A stretch of 64,000 nt of DNA from Mobula birostris (Eukaryota). The translations under genes and the position numbers were made by a program. Positions 49,784 through 61,811 of this stretch are shown here, piece by piece. Below the pieces are notes generated by a model. That model saw only the letters and a program-made list of their open reading frames with translations, was not told the origin of the DNA and ran no database searches. The stretch spans positions 65,986,057 through 66,050,056 of the forward strand of contig NC_092371.1 of NCBI RefSeq assembly GCF_030028105.1, in the 5' to 3' direction. Every line of letters starts with the position of its first letter. Within the stretch, counting starts at the first letter, position 1.

Positions 49784-51626
49784 TACTCCACGCTTTAAGA
49801 AAGGAAGAAAGCAACAGAAAGGACATTATAGACCAGTTAGCCTGATCTCAGTGGTTGAGAAGATGTTAGAGTTAATTGTTAAGGATGAGGTGATGGAATA
49901 CTTGGACAAGATAGTACAAAGTCAGCATGGTTTCCTTCAGGGAAAATCCTGCCTGACGAACCTGTTGGAATTCTTTGAGGAGATTACAAGTAGGATACAT
50001 AAAGGGAATGTAGTGGATGTTGTATATTTGGACTTCCAGAAGGCCTTTGACAAGGTGCCACACATGAGGCTGCTTACCAAGTTAAGAGCCTGTAGAATTA
50101 TAGGAAAGTTACTAACATCTTGGACTGTATTCATTAGAGTATAGAAGAATGAGAGGGGATCTCATAGAAACATTTCGAATATTGAAAGGGTTGGACAGAG
50201 TAGTTGTGGAAAGGCTGTTTCCCTTGGTGGATGAGTCCAGGACAAGAGGCCACAGTCTTAGAATTAGAGTGTACCCATTTAAAACAGAGATGAGGAGAAA
50301 TTTTTTTAGCCAGAGGGTCGTGGATTTATGGAATTCGTTGCCACGTTGCCACCACAGCTTTTGAGGCCTGATCATTGAGGGTGTTTTAAGGAGGAGATTG
50401 ATAGGTATCTAATTAGTCAGGGTATCAAGGGATATGGGGAAAAAGTGGGAAATTGGAACTAGATGGGAGATTAGCTTAGTTTATGGTGGAGTGGCGGAGC
50501 AGACTCGATGGGCTGAAAGGCCTACTTCTGCTCCTTTGTCTTGTGATCTTGTGAACATGGTTAGAGCATTGGCTGATTGGTAGGAAGCAGTGAGTGGGAA
50601 TAAGAGGATCCTTTTCTGGTTGGCTGCCAGTGACTAGTGGTGTTCCACAGGGGTTGGTGTTGGGACCATTTTTTTTTATTCTGTATGTCAATGATTTAGG
50701 TGATGGTGGAGGGGGAGGTAGTGTTGAGGAAATAGGTAGGATGCAGAAGGACTTAGACAGATTAGGAGAATGTATAAGAAAGTGGCAGATGAAATACAAT
50801 GTTGGCAAATGCGTGGTCATGCACTTTGGTAGTAGAAGTAAATGTGCAGACTATTTTCTAAATGGGGAGAAAATCCAGGAATCTGAGATGCAGAGGGATT
50901 TGGGAGTCCTTGTGCAGAACACCCTGAAGGTTAACTTACAGGTTGAGTCGGTGGTGAAGAAGGCAAATGCTATGTTAGCATTCATTTCAAGAAGTCTAGA
51001 ATACAAGAGCAAGGATGTGATGCTGAGGCTTCATAAGGCACTGGTGAGGCCTCGCCTTGAGTATTGTGAACAGTTTTAGGCCCCTTATCTTAGAAAAGAT
51101 GTGCTGGCATTGGAGAGGGTCCAGAGGAGGTTCACAAGGATGATTCCAGGAATGAAAGAGTTATCATACAAGGAACGTTTGATGGCTCTAGGTCTGTGCT
51201 CGCTGGAATTCAGAAGGATGGGGGGAGGGGATCTCATTGAAACCTTTCAAATGTTGAAAGGCCTAGACAGAGTGGATTTAGAAAGGATGTTTCCCATGGT
51301 GAGGGGAACTAGGACAAGAGGGCACAGCCTCAGGATAGAGGGGCACCCTTTCAAAACAGAGATGTGGAGAAATTTCTTAAGCCAAAGAGTGGTGAATTTG
51401 TGGAATTTGTTGCCATGTGCAGCTGTGGAGGCCAGGTCGTTGGGTGTATTTAAGGCAGAGATTGATATGTTCTTGATTGGACATGGCATCAAAGGTTATG
51501 GGGAGGAGGCCGGGAACTGGGGTTGAGGAGGAGAGAAAAATAGGATCAGCCATGATTGAATGGTGGAGCAGACTTGATGGGCCAGATGGCCTAATTCTTC
51601 TCCTATGTCTTTTGGTCTTATGGTCT
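49784..51626 (+). mobile_element. 5'-truncated CR1 (RT plus 3'UTR) inserted into the downstream LTR
   Basis: YRPVSL, QHGF, YLDFQKAFD, GVPQGLVLGP, RPRLEY motifs; TSD AATAT (49779-49783 and 51627-51631). Confidence 0.9.
50119..50553 (+). mobile_element. Short CR1 3' fragment nested in the previous CR1
   Basis: MRGDLIETF...RTRGH...LWNSLP; TSD AACAT (50114-50118 and 50554-50558). Confidence 0.85.
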
Positions 51627-51929
51627 AATATAAAAGTGGACATTTCAATTGCTCTATCACCATCGCAAGGAAGAACCCCCACACTGGGAGAAGAAAGGGA
51701 AGATTGCCTGGCCAACAGAAATCCCCTATTTCAGTGTTATAAATTGGAAAAGTTTTCTGAGCGAGTATTGGTACAGGCGGAACAATGGAATTCATGTTCT
51801 AAGTTGTTGGCCCGGTGTCAATATAGTTACATTGTTGTTTGTGTAGAGACAATAAAATGCGAGCTTCAATGAATTATGAGTTGTGTGGTGAGTTTCATAA
51901 CCAAGTTCCACTGACGAACTCTACTCTGT

Positions 51930-52350
51930 GTTTCTGTCCCCCCCCCCACACCCCCATCTTCTCTCTTCTCCTCCCCTGCCCTTGTGACCAGCCCATCATC
52001 TGGTTCCTCACTTCCTTCCCTTTATTCCAGTGTCCACTGTACTCTCTTAATTGATTCCTTCTACATCAGCCCCTTACTTCTTCCACCCAACCCCTCCCAG
52101 CTTCTCACATCATTCTCCCTCCCCCTTCGCCCTTACCAGGTCTCACCTGTCACCTGCCAGCTTGTGCTCCTTGTCCCCTCTCACCTTCTTATTCTGCCTT
52201 CTGCCCCCTTCCTTTCCATACCTGATGAAGGTCCTTGGCTCGAAATGTTGACTGTTTATTTTGCTCCACAGATGCTGATTGACCTGCAGATTTCTGCCAG
52301 CGTTTTGTATGCGTTGCTCAAGATTTCCAGCATCTGCAGAATTTCTAAGT
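51930..52350 (+). mobile_element. Penelope-like tail with a degenerate hammerhead (52217-52254)
   Basis: cctgatgaaggtccttggctcgaaatgttgactg and terminal ttccagcatctgcaga; probably the continuation of the PLE fragment at about 43230-43343. Confidence 0.7.
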
Positions 52351-52354
52351 AATT

Positions 52355-53860
52355 CTACTCCTGTAGACCAGTAATGCTACTCCCCCCCCCCCACTTTCTA
52401 CCCATCCTATTCCTTTTAAAACACCTAAACCCTGGTACCTGCATCAGCCAATCCTGCCCTTCCTCCAGCCAACTTTCAGTATCGGCCGCAACATCGTAGT
52501 TCCACGTACTGATCCATGCTCTAAGTTCATCCTCTTTATTCCTAATACTCCTAGCACTGAAATAGACACATTTCAACCCCTCTAACTGGCTACATTTATG
52601 TTTTGTCCCCTGCCTGTCCTTCCTCACCAGCTCAGAACAGATAGCATCATGCCCTTGTCCTTCTACCCCAATCTCTGCACTCACATTCTGATTCCCACCC
52701 CCCTGCCAAACTAGCTTAACCCCTCTCCAACAGCTCTAGCAAACCTGCCCGCCAGGATATTGGTCCCTTTCCAGTTCAGGTGCAGCCTGTCCTTTTTGTA
52801 CAGGTCAGACCTTCCCCAGAAGAGATCCCAATGATCCAGAAATTTGAACCCCTGCCCCCTGCACCAACTCTTCAGCCACGCATTCATCTGCCATAACTTC
52901 CTGTTTCTACCCTCTCCGTCTCATCGCATAGGCAGCAATCCCGAGATTACCACCCTTGAGATCTTGCTTTTTAACTTCTTTCCTAACTCCCTATATTCCT
53001 TCTTCAAGACCTCATCCCTACTCCTATCTATGTCATTGGTCCCCATGTGGACCACGACATCTGGCTGCTCACCCTCTCTCCTGAGAATACCGAGAACTCG
53101 ATCCGAGATATCGCAGACCCTGGCGCCAGGGAGGCAACAGACCATCCGAGATTCTTGATCTCTCCCACAGAACCTCTTATCTGTCCCCCTAACTATCGAA
53201 TCCCCTAACACTACTGCTCTCCTCTTTTCCCTCCTTTCTTTCTGAGCTGAGGGTCCAGTCTCGGTGTCTGAGACGCGACCACTGCAACTTGTCCCTGGTA
53301 TGTCGTCCCCACCAACAGTATACTTATTGTTGATGGGAACGGCCACAGGTGTGCTCTGCTCTTTCTGTCTATTCCCCTTCCCTCTCCTGACAGTCACCCA
53401 GTTACCTGTCTCCTGACTTTTAGGGGTGACTGTCTCCCTGAAACTCTGATCTATTACTGCCTCTGCCTCCCGAATGATCTGAAGTTCATCCAGCTCCAGC
53501 CCCAGTTCCCTAACTCGGTTTGATAGGAGCTGCAGCTGGATGCACCTTTTGTAGGTGTAGTCAGCAGAGACAATTGTACTGTTCCTGACTTCCCACATCC
53601 TACAATCGGACCACTGGACTGCCCTATCTACTGCCTCCATTAACTACTCCTAAGTTGATTAAATTAATTAAAGAAACTTACCCAGCCTTACCTCACTGGG
53701 AGCAAGCTCGACCTCCGCCTCTTCTCGGGGAAGCCTCTCGAGCCAAAGCCTCGAAGCTCCAAAGCTCCACTCCTTCACTGGCCCCACTCACTCACTGGCT
53801 GCTCTGCTTGAGCTACCCCTGTTTTTATTTGTTTGAGCCCAATTCCACCATCCTAATTGG
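52355..53860 (-). mobile_element. CR1 LINE 5' part (esterase ORF1 and start of the ORF2 endonuclease), second subfamily
   Basis: ORF 52921-53640 homologous to 44473-45434 (GDSIVRG, HMGTND); ARSIRNK...TESW. Confidence 0.9.
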
Positions 53861-55005
53861 ATGATACACATTCCTCAACATCCCTCATCTTCAACGATAA
53901 CCCAAACAGGCTGACAGCAGAACAGACGGCTATTACAGAACTGCTAAGATGAAATACCTACAGCATAGCAGTAAAAATGTGAAGCAGGGTGTTACATAGG
54001 CTTGGGGTGAAAGGTGAAATACTTCAGGGGAATCTGAGAGGGAACATCGTTCAGAGGGTAATGCGGGTGTGGAACGAGCTGCCAGTTGAAATGGTATTTG
54101 GATGCTCAAATGTAACAGTAAAGAGAAGTCTAGATAGGTACATGGATTAGATAAGGAGGGCTATGGTCTAGGTGACTAGACACAAAACCAGGCTGGCATG
54201 GTCTAGATAGGCCGATGGGCCATTTCTGTGTTGTAATTCTCTATGACAATATAACTACAGGAATCCAGGAGCACTAGAACTTCCTCCTCCAAGATCGGGA
54301 ATTACAAAATGCCATTTGCACCAGGTTCCAAGAATCCAGGAGCAGTGCAAAACAAGCTACTGGCTAGCCAAGAGGCACAGGTCTGATGGAGACGACAACA
54401 TTGACTGCGAACCAACTTTCCCTCCTCTTAACAAGCTGCCCATCACACTACAGCAGAACTCAGCCGACTGGGGGATCAGGATTTCATACCCTGGGTAGAA
54501 ATGCAACTGGTTGTGTATGTGACCAGTTGCTGTTGTTTCTTTCTTGTTGCCGGTTAGAGGGTTGGGAGGGTTTGGGGTGGACGATATGTTCATTTTTCTG
54601 TGAGGGAGGTGTTGGGTATTTGAGGGCTGATGTTCTTGTCAGTGTTTTCCTGTGTGGGCGATCAGTTAGTTTTTTGTGTGTGTGAGGGGTTTGGGGTTTG
54701 ATGCTATTGTCACTGCTATTTTTTTAACGGGGTGGGAGTTTGGGGTTTGATGTTATTGGTGCTATTTTGTTTGCGATGGAGGGGGTTGGGGTTTTGGGGG
54801 TTTTGATGCCGTTTTCTAGGTGGGCGATCCCTTAGTTTTGTGCGAGGGAGGGAGGGGTTGGGGGGATTGGGGTTAGTGAGTTTTTGTTGCTTTGTCTTTT
54901 TTGTGCAGTGGGGGGGAGGTTGATGTCCTTTCAACAACAACTCCCATGGCTTTTGTGTATTTCATGGCTATCTGCAGAAGATTAATAACAGAGTTGTATT
55001 GTATT

Positions 55006-55415
55006 TTCTTCTCTGTGGATTGTCACCTTGTCGTGGTGGAGAAGCTTGTGTGGTCCTGTGATCTCGAGAGCAATGCTGTCTGGAGCTATGCTCCTGGTAG
55101 GGTCACCATGGCGGTAGGGTCGAGGGTGAGGTCCCTGACAAAGAACAGTCCAACCAAAGCCTCAATGGTGGAACAGGCGGACGAAGTTACTTCAAACTCA
55201 ATGGAAGGCGGATGAAGGCTGCAACAAATCCATCAGCTCCAATCGTTGTGGTTTCTATGCCATTGGAATCAGTTGGTTGACTTGTGAAGTATCGTGCGCT
55301 TCTTGGAGTGCAACATCAAGTACACGTTAAACAAATACACGCACAGGCGTCTTCACTCTGTGGACCACTTCAGAACGAAGACCATCATCCTCGACCTCGA
55401 GGGAATGCCACTACG
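55006..55415 (+). mobile_element. RTE-derived non-autonomous element, second copy
   Basis: Reverse complement of 33843-34262; TSD ATTGTATT (54998-55005 and 55416-55423). Confidence 0.8.
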
Positions 55416-56199
55416 ATTGTATTCTACATGCATACCTTAACAATAAAATGAACCTATGAATGTGAGCATCACATGGGGACAGAGCAGATAACTATCCTGA
55501 TAGAACGTTAAAGGTTACATTTGCAGAGTAGTGGATTTGATGATTGTATCCATCATTGTACACACTGATAAAAGTATGTTAAGCTGCAACTTTGCTGTAG
55601 AAGCCATGTATTTCCAGTCTGTATTGTATTTGGTGATGTGCATTTTTTTTGGGTTACCGTAATTTGTCATGCGGGTTGAGCATGGTAGAAGTCAATGAGT
55701 ATGGTCACGTATTCACCCTTTATGCATTAGCTTTGTTAGAGAGAGATTTAGTAGGGGATGGTTATTTTTTGTTGATTGATAATTTTGCTATTTTTACTAT
55801 TTCGCTGTCGCTGCGCTAGTTTTGTTAGCTTTATTGTTATTTTTGATTTTTCATCCTTGTCTCTCGTCTTTGCAGATTTCGTAAAGGATCAAACATACTC
55901 TTTTCGACTTCGGACTCAGTTATTTGGAAGCGCACTGCGCACCTAATCCCTTCTTTCAGCCTCTCAGCAGTTTTGGTTTGTTTTTTCAGGTAGCAGTTAC
56001 AGCTGCTAAGGTCAGGCTGACTGGCTGGCTTTACATGAATAAGTTACCACATCTCAGCAACTATCCGCAGTGGTTCCTGTGGGCACTGGGTATGGTCAGG
56101 AGTTAACAAAATGCTTGGGTATTTTAGTACAGGGGGACAGTTTCACCATCATTTAAGTCAAAGAGAATTGTTGGCAGTCATCCAAAATATGAATGACTT

Positions 56200-56915
56200 G
56201 GTCAGTGAGACCAGGGGATTGATTGTGGACTTCAGGAAGGGGAACACACGCCAGTCCTCATCGAGGGGACAGCAGTGAAAAGGCAGAGCTTTTTCAAGTT
56301 CCTCCCTGTCAGTATCTCTGAAGACCTGTCCTGGCTGCAGCATACTGGTGCAATTACAAAGAGGGCAAACCAGTGCCTATACTTCATTAGGAGTTTGAAG
56401 AGATCTTGTTGTCACCGAAGACTCTAGCAAATTCCTACAGATGTACCGTGGAGAATATTGTAACCATTTGCACCAATGTCTGGTATGGAAGGGCCACTGC
56501 ACAGGATCGGAAAAAGCTGAAGAGGGTTGCAAGCTCAGCCAGCTTCATCATGGGCATTAGCCTCCTCAGCAACACGGATGCCTTCGAAAGGTGATGCCTC
56601 AAAAAGGTGGCAGCCATCACTTAGGACCCCCACCACCCAGGACATGTCCATGTCCTCTTCTCATTACTACCATCAGAGTGGAGGGACAGGAGCTTGAAGA
56701 TACACTCTCACTGTTTTAAGACCAGTTCTTCCCCTCTGCAGTCAGATTTCTGAATGGACACTACCTCACTATTTTTGCTCTCTTTTTGTGCTACTTGTTT
56801 ATCTTTTTTATTTTTTTTATTGTGTGTTATAGTAATTTAATGTATTGCACTGCACTGCTGCCATAGAGCGATACATTTAACAACAGTTTTTAGTGATAAT
56901 TAAACTGATTCTGAT
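56200..56915 (+). mobile_element. Rex-Babar-type LINE 3' fragment
   Basis: LSPKTLANSYRCTVE...WYG; (CTGATT)n tail. Confidence 0.75.
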
Positions 56916-57204
56916 TCATCCCATTGCTGATGTACCGTGTAGAGAGTCTGCTCCAGATCAGCGATGTGTCCTCCCCTGCCGTGGCTGCCTGTCGCCCAGC
57001 AGTACTCATCACTGCTGGGTGAGGGGTTCTGAGCCACGGCTTCAAATGCACCATCAGGCACACTGGGCGATCTGGCAAAGCCGACAGCAAACTGACTCCG
57101 GACTCCAAATTACCGAATGATATCAAGCTGCATGATGGCTTTGGTAACCGTGCAGGTGCAGCACTGCCGCAAGGTGCTGCTGGAGACCCTACATGGCAGT
57201 TTGA

Positions 57205-57670
57205 ACACAGAACATTGAACAGTACAGGCCCTATGGTCTACGATGTTGTGTCGACGTTTTAAACTACTAAGATCAATCTAACCCTCTGTCCCACTCAGTC
57301 CTCCATTTTCTGTCATCTGTGTGCCTATCCAAGAGTCTCTTAAATGCACCTAATGCATCTGCCGCTATTACTGCCCCTGGCAGCATGTTCCATGCAACTA
57401 CCACTCTCTCTGTAAAAAGACCCACCTCTAACATCCCCCTGATACTCTCCTTGAGTCACCTTAAACTTATGCTCCTTTATCCATTGGCCATTTCTGCCCT
57501 GGAAAGAAGTCTTCAGCTGTCAACTCGATCTCTGCCTCCTATCATTTTGTATAGCTCTATCGAGTTACTTCTCATCCTTCTTCGCTCCAAGGAGCAAAGC
57601 CCTAGCTCATCCAATCTATTCTCACAGGATTTGCTCTCCAATTCTGGTAAATCTCCACTGCACCCCCTTC
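57205..57670 (-). mobile_element. CR1 3' fragment
   Basis: RLDELGLCSLERRRMR motif. Confidence 0.75.
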
Positions 57671-58379
57671 TGATTGGTGTCAAGTACTCTTGGACAGATC
57701 TACAAATGCTTCCCTCATCAGTTTGGCCTTTGATAGAATATTGCACATAGATGATGAATGTGCTCTCAAAAATAGGGACTGAGGAGGGAATGTACATGTG
57801 ATTTTGCCATACAAGACATCAGTTGCACAGTTCACATTGGTGGACGGTAACTGGAAAGTTTCCTATCAACCTGTTAATTCCTCAGCTGCAAACTATGATC
57901 ATTCCATTTTTTTGCCATCTGCCTACATCACTTTATGTGCTGCACTTTCAAATAGTTAGATGATGTAAAAGGCTCAGTGAAGAATTGTACAGATTGGGAA
58001 TGAGAATGTTACTTTATTATAAAAATCTGCTACAATGAGAGGCTACTAATAGATCTTTATAAGAATAAATGTATAACATCCTCATTTCCGTATATTTTTC
58101 TAGGTTAACTATAACTTTCAAAGTTCAAAGTACATTTATTATCAAAGTGCATATATGTCACCAAGACTCATTTTCTTGTGGGCACTCACAGTAAGTACAA
58201 TAAACATAATCGAACCAATGAAAGACTGCACCCAACAGGACGGACAATGTGCAAAAGATAAACTGTGCAAATACACAGGAAAAAAATTATAATAAATAAA
58301 TAAACAAGCAATAAATACTGAGGCTGTGATATTTATTACTCATTTATTTATTACAATTTCTTTTAAAACTTAATTTTAC

Positions 58380-58640
58380 TTTTATGAGATACGGCATGGA
58401 ATAGGCCCTTCAGCCATTCAAGTTGCATCGCACTACCCAGCAATCCTCAATTTCACCCTACTCTAATCACAGGGCAATTTACAATGACCAATTACCTTAC
58501 CAGTCTTTGGACTGTGGGAGGAAACTATAGCACCAGAGGAAACCCACATGGTCACAGGGAGAATGTACAAATTCCCTACGGGCAGTGGCAAGAAATTAAT
58601 CCAGGTCGCTGGTACTATAAAGCATTGTGCTAAACACTAC
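58380..58640 (-). mobile_element. V-domain SINE
   Basis: Reverse complement of the V core (ctttggactgtgggaggaaac...ggaaacccac). Confidence 0.7.
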
Positions 58641-59268
58641 ACTACATTTACACATGCACATTTGTCATAATATTTTCTCTCAGAAATGTTTTTTTTTAAA
58701 TGTATCAACTGTAAGAAAGATTCTTCCCAGGCCTGTTTTATCAGGAATGCATTAGATTTGCATTTGTACCCTATTTTACCTTTGCTAACCAAAGGATATG
58801 TAGAAATTATTGACAAAGACTCTCCATATATTGCAATAAAAAGCATTGAAAGCAATTGTTAAAAGTGGCTGTTTTAATCACTGTCATGAGTAGATCAGTA
58901 CATGCTGAGGAGGTTAGTCTCTCCACAAACACTCGCTGATAGGAAATGCTATTCCATTTCTTCAAGCAGCAAAAACGTTGATACTTTAACATATAGCCTC
59001 ATATTTGCTCTGCATAATTTTTAACTCTTGCCCCCCCACCCATACACTCAAAGAAAAAAATCCTTCCTATTCTTACCTTTTCCACTATAATGTATGAACA
59101 ATAATAAAAATTAAAATTACATTCTGAAATCCCATTTACTCCATTCATAACGGTCTATAGTTTTTGTTTTCAAGTTTAGTAAAATATAATGAACAATGAA
59201 AATGCAGATGCACCGTAGTGTATTAGGAATTCTTCCGGTGATGTGAGGTTTCCAAGCAAAGGAAACTA

Positions 59269-60102
59269 CACTTAGTGGCCACTTTATCAGGTACACTTAT
59301 ACACCTGCTTGTTAATGCAAATATTTATTTATTTATTGACATACAGCGTGGAATAGGCCTTTCTGGCCGCCCGGCATAACCCTAACCTAATCACAGGACA
59401 ATTTACAATGACCAATTAACCTACCAAATGCTATGCCTTTGTACTGTGGGATGAAATTGAAGAACCAGGAGAAAACCCGTGCAGTCATGGGGAGAACGTA
59501 CACACAGACAATGGTGGGAATTGAACCCGGGTCACTGGTACTGTGAAGCGTTGTGCTAAACACTGCACTGCTGTACCAAATCAGCCAAACGTGGCTAGCA
59601 ACTTGAGGCATAAAAGCATGCCAGTTTGATCAAGCAGTTTAGTCGTTGTTCAGACCAAACATCAGAATGGGAATGAAATGTAATCTAAGTAAATTTGACC
59701 TGAATGATTGTTGGTGCCAGATGGGGTGGTGTGAGTATCTCAGATAATGCTGATCTCCTGGGATTTTCACACACAGTGGTCTCTAGGGTTTGCAAAGAAT
59801 GGTGTGAAAAACAAAAAAACAAAAAGATATATATATATCTGGTGAGCCACTGTTCTGTGGACAAAAATGGTTTGTTAATGAGAGAGGTCAGAGGAGAATA
59901 GCCAGACGGGTTCAAGATGACAGGAAGGCTACAGGACTCAGCTAACCAGGTGTTAAGACAGGGGTGTACGGAAGAGCATCTCTGAACGCACAGCACATCG
60001 AACCTTGAAGTGGGTGGGCTACAGCATCAGAAAATTACAAAGATCCATGCAGTGGCCACTTTATCAGGTATAGGAGGTACCCAATAAAGTAGCTACTAAC
60101 TG
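59269..60102 (+). mobile_element. Internally deleted Tc1-like element with TA TSD, containing a V-SINE (about 59325-59576, minus)
   Basis: TA|cacttagtggccactttatcaggtac ... gtacccaataaagtagctactaactg|TA. Internal repeat of the TIR motif at about 60050-60070; MIVGARWGGVSIS..ADLLGFSHTVVSRV transposase HTH remnant. Confidence 0.82.
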
Positions 60103-60424
60103 TATAATCACACTGTTTAAGATGACAGGAACCCATAAACTTCAGTTTAGTTAGCAGTTAACACAAATATATCACACTGCCTAAGCCCTTATCATATGAT
60201 AATTGACCGCTTTTTGATCCTAATTTCAGTTAATAACTTTGGGCCCTTAGCAGTTGTCTGCTTAAACCAATCTGGTAATGGCGCAAAGTTGGAAGGAAAT
60301 CCTGACACAATTCCTGCACCAATATTGGAATTATAACATAATTTAAAATGTATTTTATATGTGGATTTTATTCGTCATTCAGTTCTTATGTCCCCTGAAT
60401 TCATAAGTTAATGAGATGGTTTTT

Positions 60425-60850
60425 CCTTCTTCTTTTGCCCATTAAGCCACTGGTGTTTAGGGCAGCAATGAAGGTCCTCCATCTCTGGTGGTGTTCTCAG
60501 CTTCCTTTATCGTGTCAGTAGCTTCCCCTTGGAACCCCCGAACTTGGAGGATTGGTGGACCACTCAGTCAGGCCTCTACCCTTCGACCTGTTTGACATGG
60601 GTGATCCTTTGTTGCTGCTTCTGTAACAGTTTTTTTTTACTAGTCAGTGCTGTTAGCTCTGAGTTGAACCCCCAAACCTGGAGGACTAGTGGACCACTCT
60701 TAGTCTGATCTCTACCCTTTGACCTGTTTGGCATGGGTGACCCTACCAAGAGCCAAAGCTTAAAGCCCTGACTTCAGCCAACATAGCTCTCTGGGCCATT
60801 GAGGAATGCAAGCCTCCAAACCACAGCAAGATTGTGGTCCTCTTGGAGGA
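60425..60850 (-). mobile_element. RTE-derived element with internal duplication
   Basis: catgggtgaccctacc head motif shared with 33843-34262; gaacccc...ctacccttcgacctgttt occurs twice. Confidence 0.6.
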
Positions 60851-61811
60851 ATGAGATTGTAAGATTTCTGAATAACTCTGTTCCAATCTTTTGACAAATG
60901 AGACAAATTAGCACTGCAAAGCAGAAATCTTTACATCAAAAAATATTAATGGTAATCAGTTTTAGCATTTGCAAGCTATGATTTTGTGCCAATTGTAAAT
61001 TCAGACATTTTAAAATGCAGATTGTTCAGAAATTCCATCATTGTTATAGACAATCTTTTTAATCAGTCAAATTTGACTTTCTTTACATATTTTCCCATGG
61101 ACTGGTTTCTGTACCGGGACATTGCAATGGAGCAGATGTTGTGCAGTGATATAAATTCTTAACTTACACATAGCAGATTTACAAAATGTAGCCAAGAATC
61201 CTTCAGGCTTTATACTTTACAATGAAATAGATTAAAACTTATTTATTTAGAGATGTAGTTGAGAAACAGAGTTCAGAGTTGCTTCAGAGTAAGACCATTG
61301 TAAGATGGCAGTGTGCTTGGTCACAGCTGCCTCCCCAGGTCCAGCAAATGGTGCAAATGTGTGTCCTAAATGTTTTTTTCCTTGTGATTGGCCAACAGTA
61401 ATAAAAAATACTGCTTATCCAGTTTATTGGATCATTGGCAACGCTCACGGCAGTTGAGCTGTGTGACCTCAGTTCTTGCGCGGATGGTGCCCTCATGATG
61501 CAGTGTCGTCTGTTACAGCCACCCTGGACGCGAGATGATGGAGGTGGTGTGGGAGAGAACAGAGGCATGGTGGGCACGTTAGAATCCGTACTGGGCTGGG
61601 GGCTGGCCCCTCCCATCGGTGTTCACTCCATGGAAGACAAACTGGATTGCCTGCAACTGAACCAGCTGCAGCCAAGCTGATCTGCCTCCGTCTGCTGACC
61701 TGACTCCACGTCCTACAGAGTCACTTCCAAAGACTCTGCAACTCATGTTCTCAGCATTATTTATTTCTTTTTTTAATTTTTTGTATGGCTTGTCTTCTTC
61801 TACACATTGAT

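Larger units (their letters stand above)
43344..51915 (+). mobile_element. Decayed retrovirus-like LTR element (LTR, gag-like, protease, RT, LTR) with CR1 insertions
   Basis: Direct repeats at about 43476-44049 and 49468-49783 plus 51632-51815. Protease-like IKFLWDTKGS (48290); RT motifs NNSPIWLVRKSDGSW, YKFAFT, YTWTVLPHGFHNSPTIF, QYVDDLLL, LRSFLGLV (48770-49462), with many stops. Confidence 0.82.

Noticed and set aside
55500-55960. Possible solo LTR
   Set aside because: No clear termini, TSD or second copy in the window.
57065-57076. GGGCGATCTGGC, similar to the 7SK 5' stem
   Set aside because: Only 12 nt match; the flanks do not resemble 7SK.
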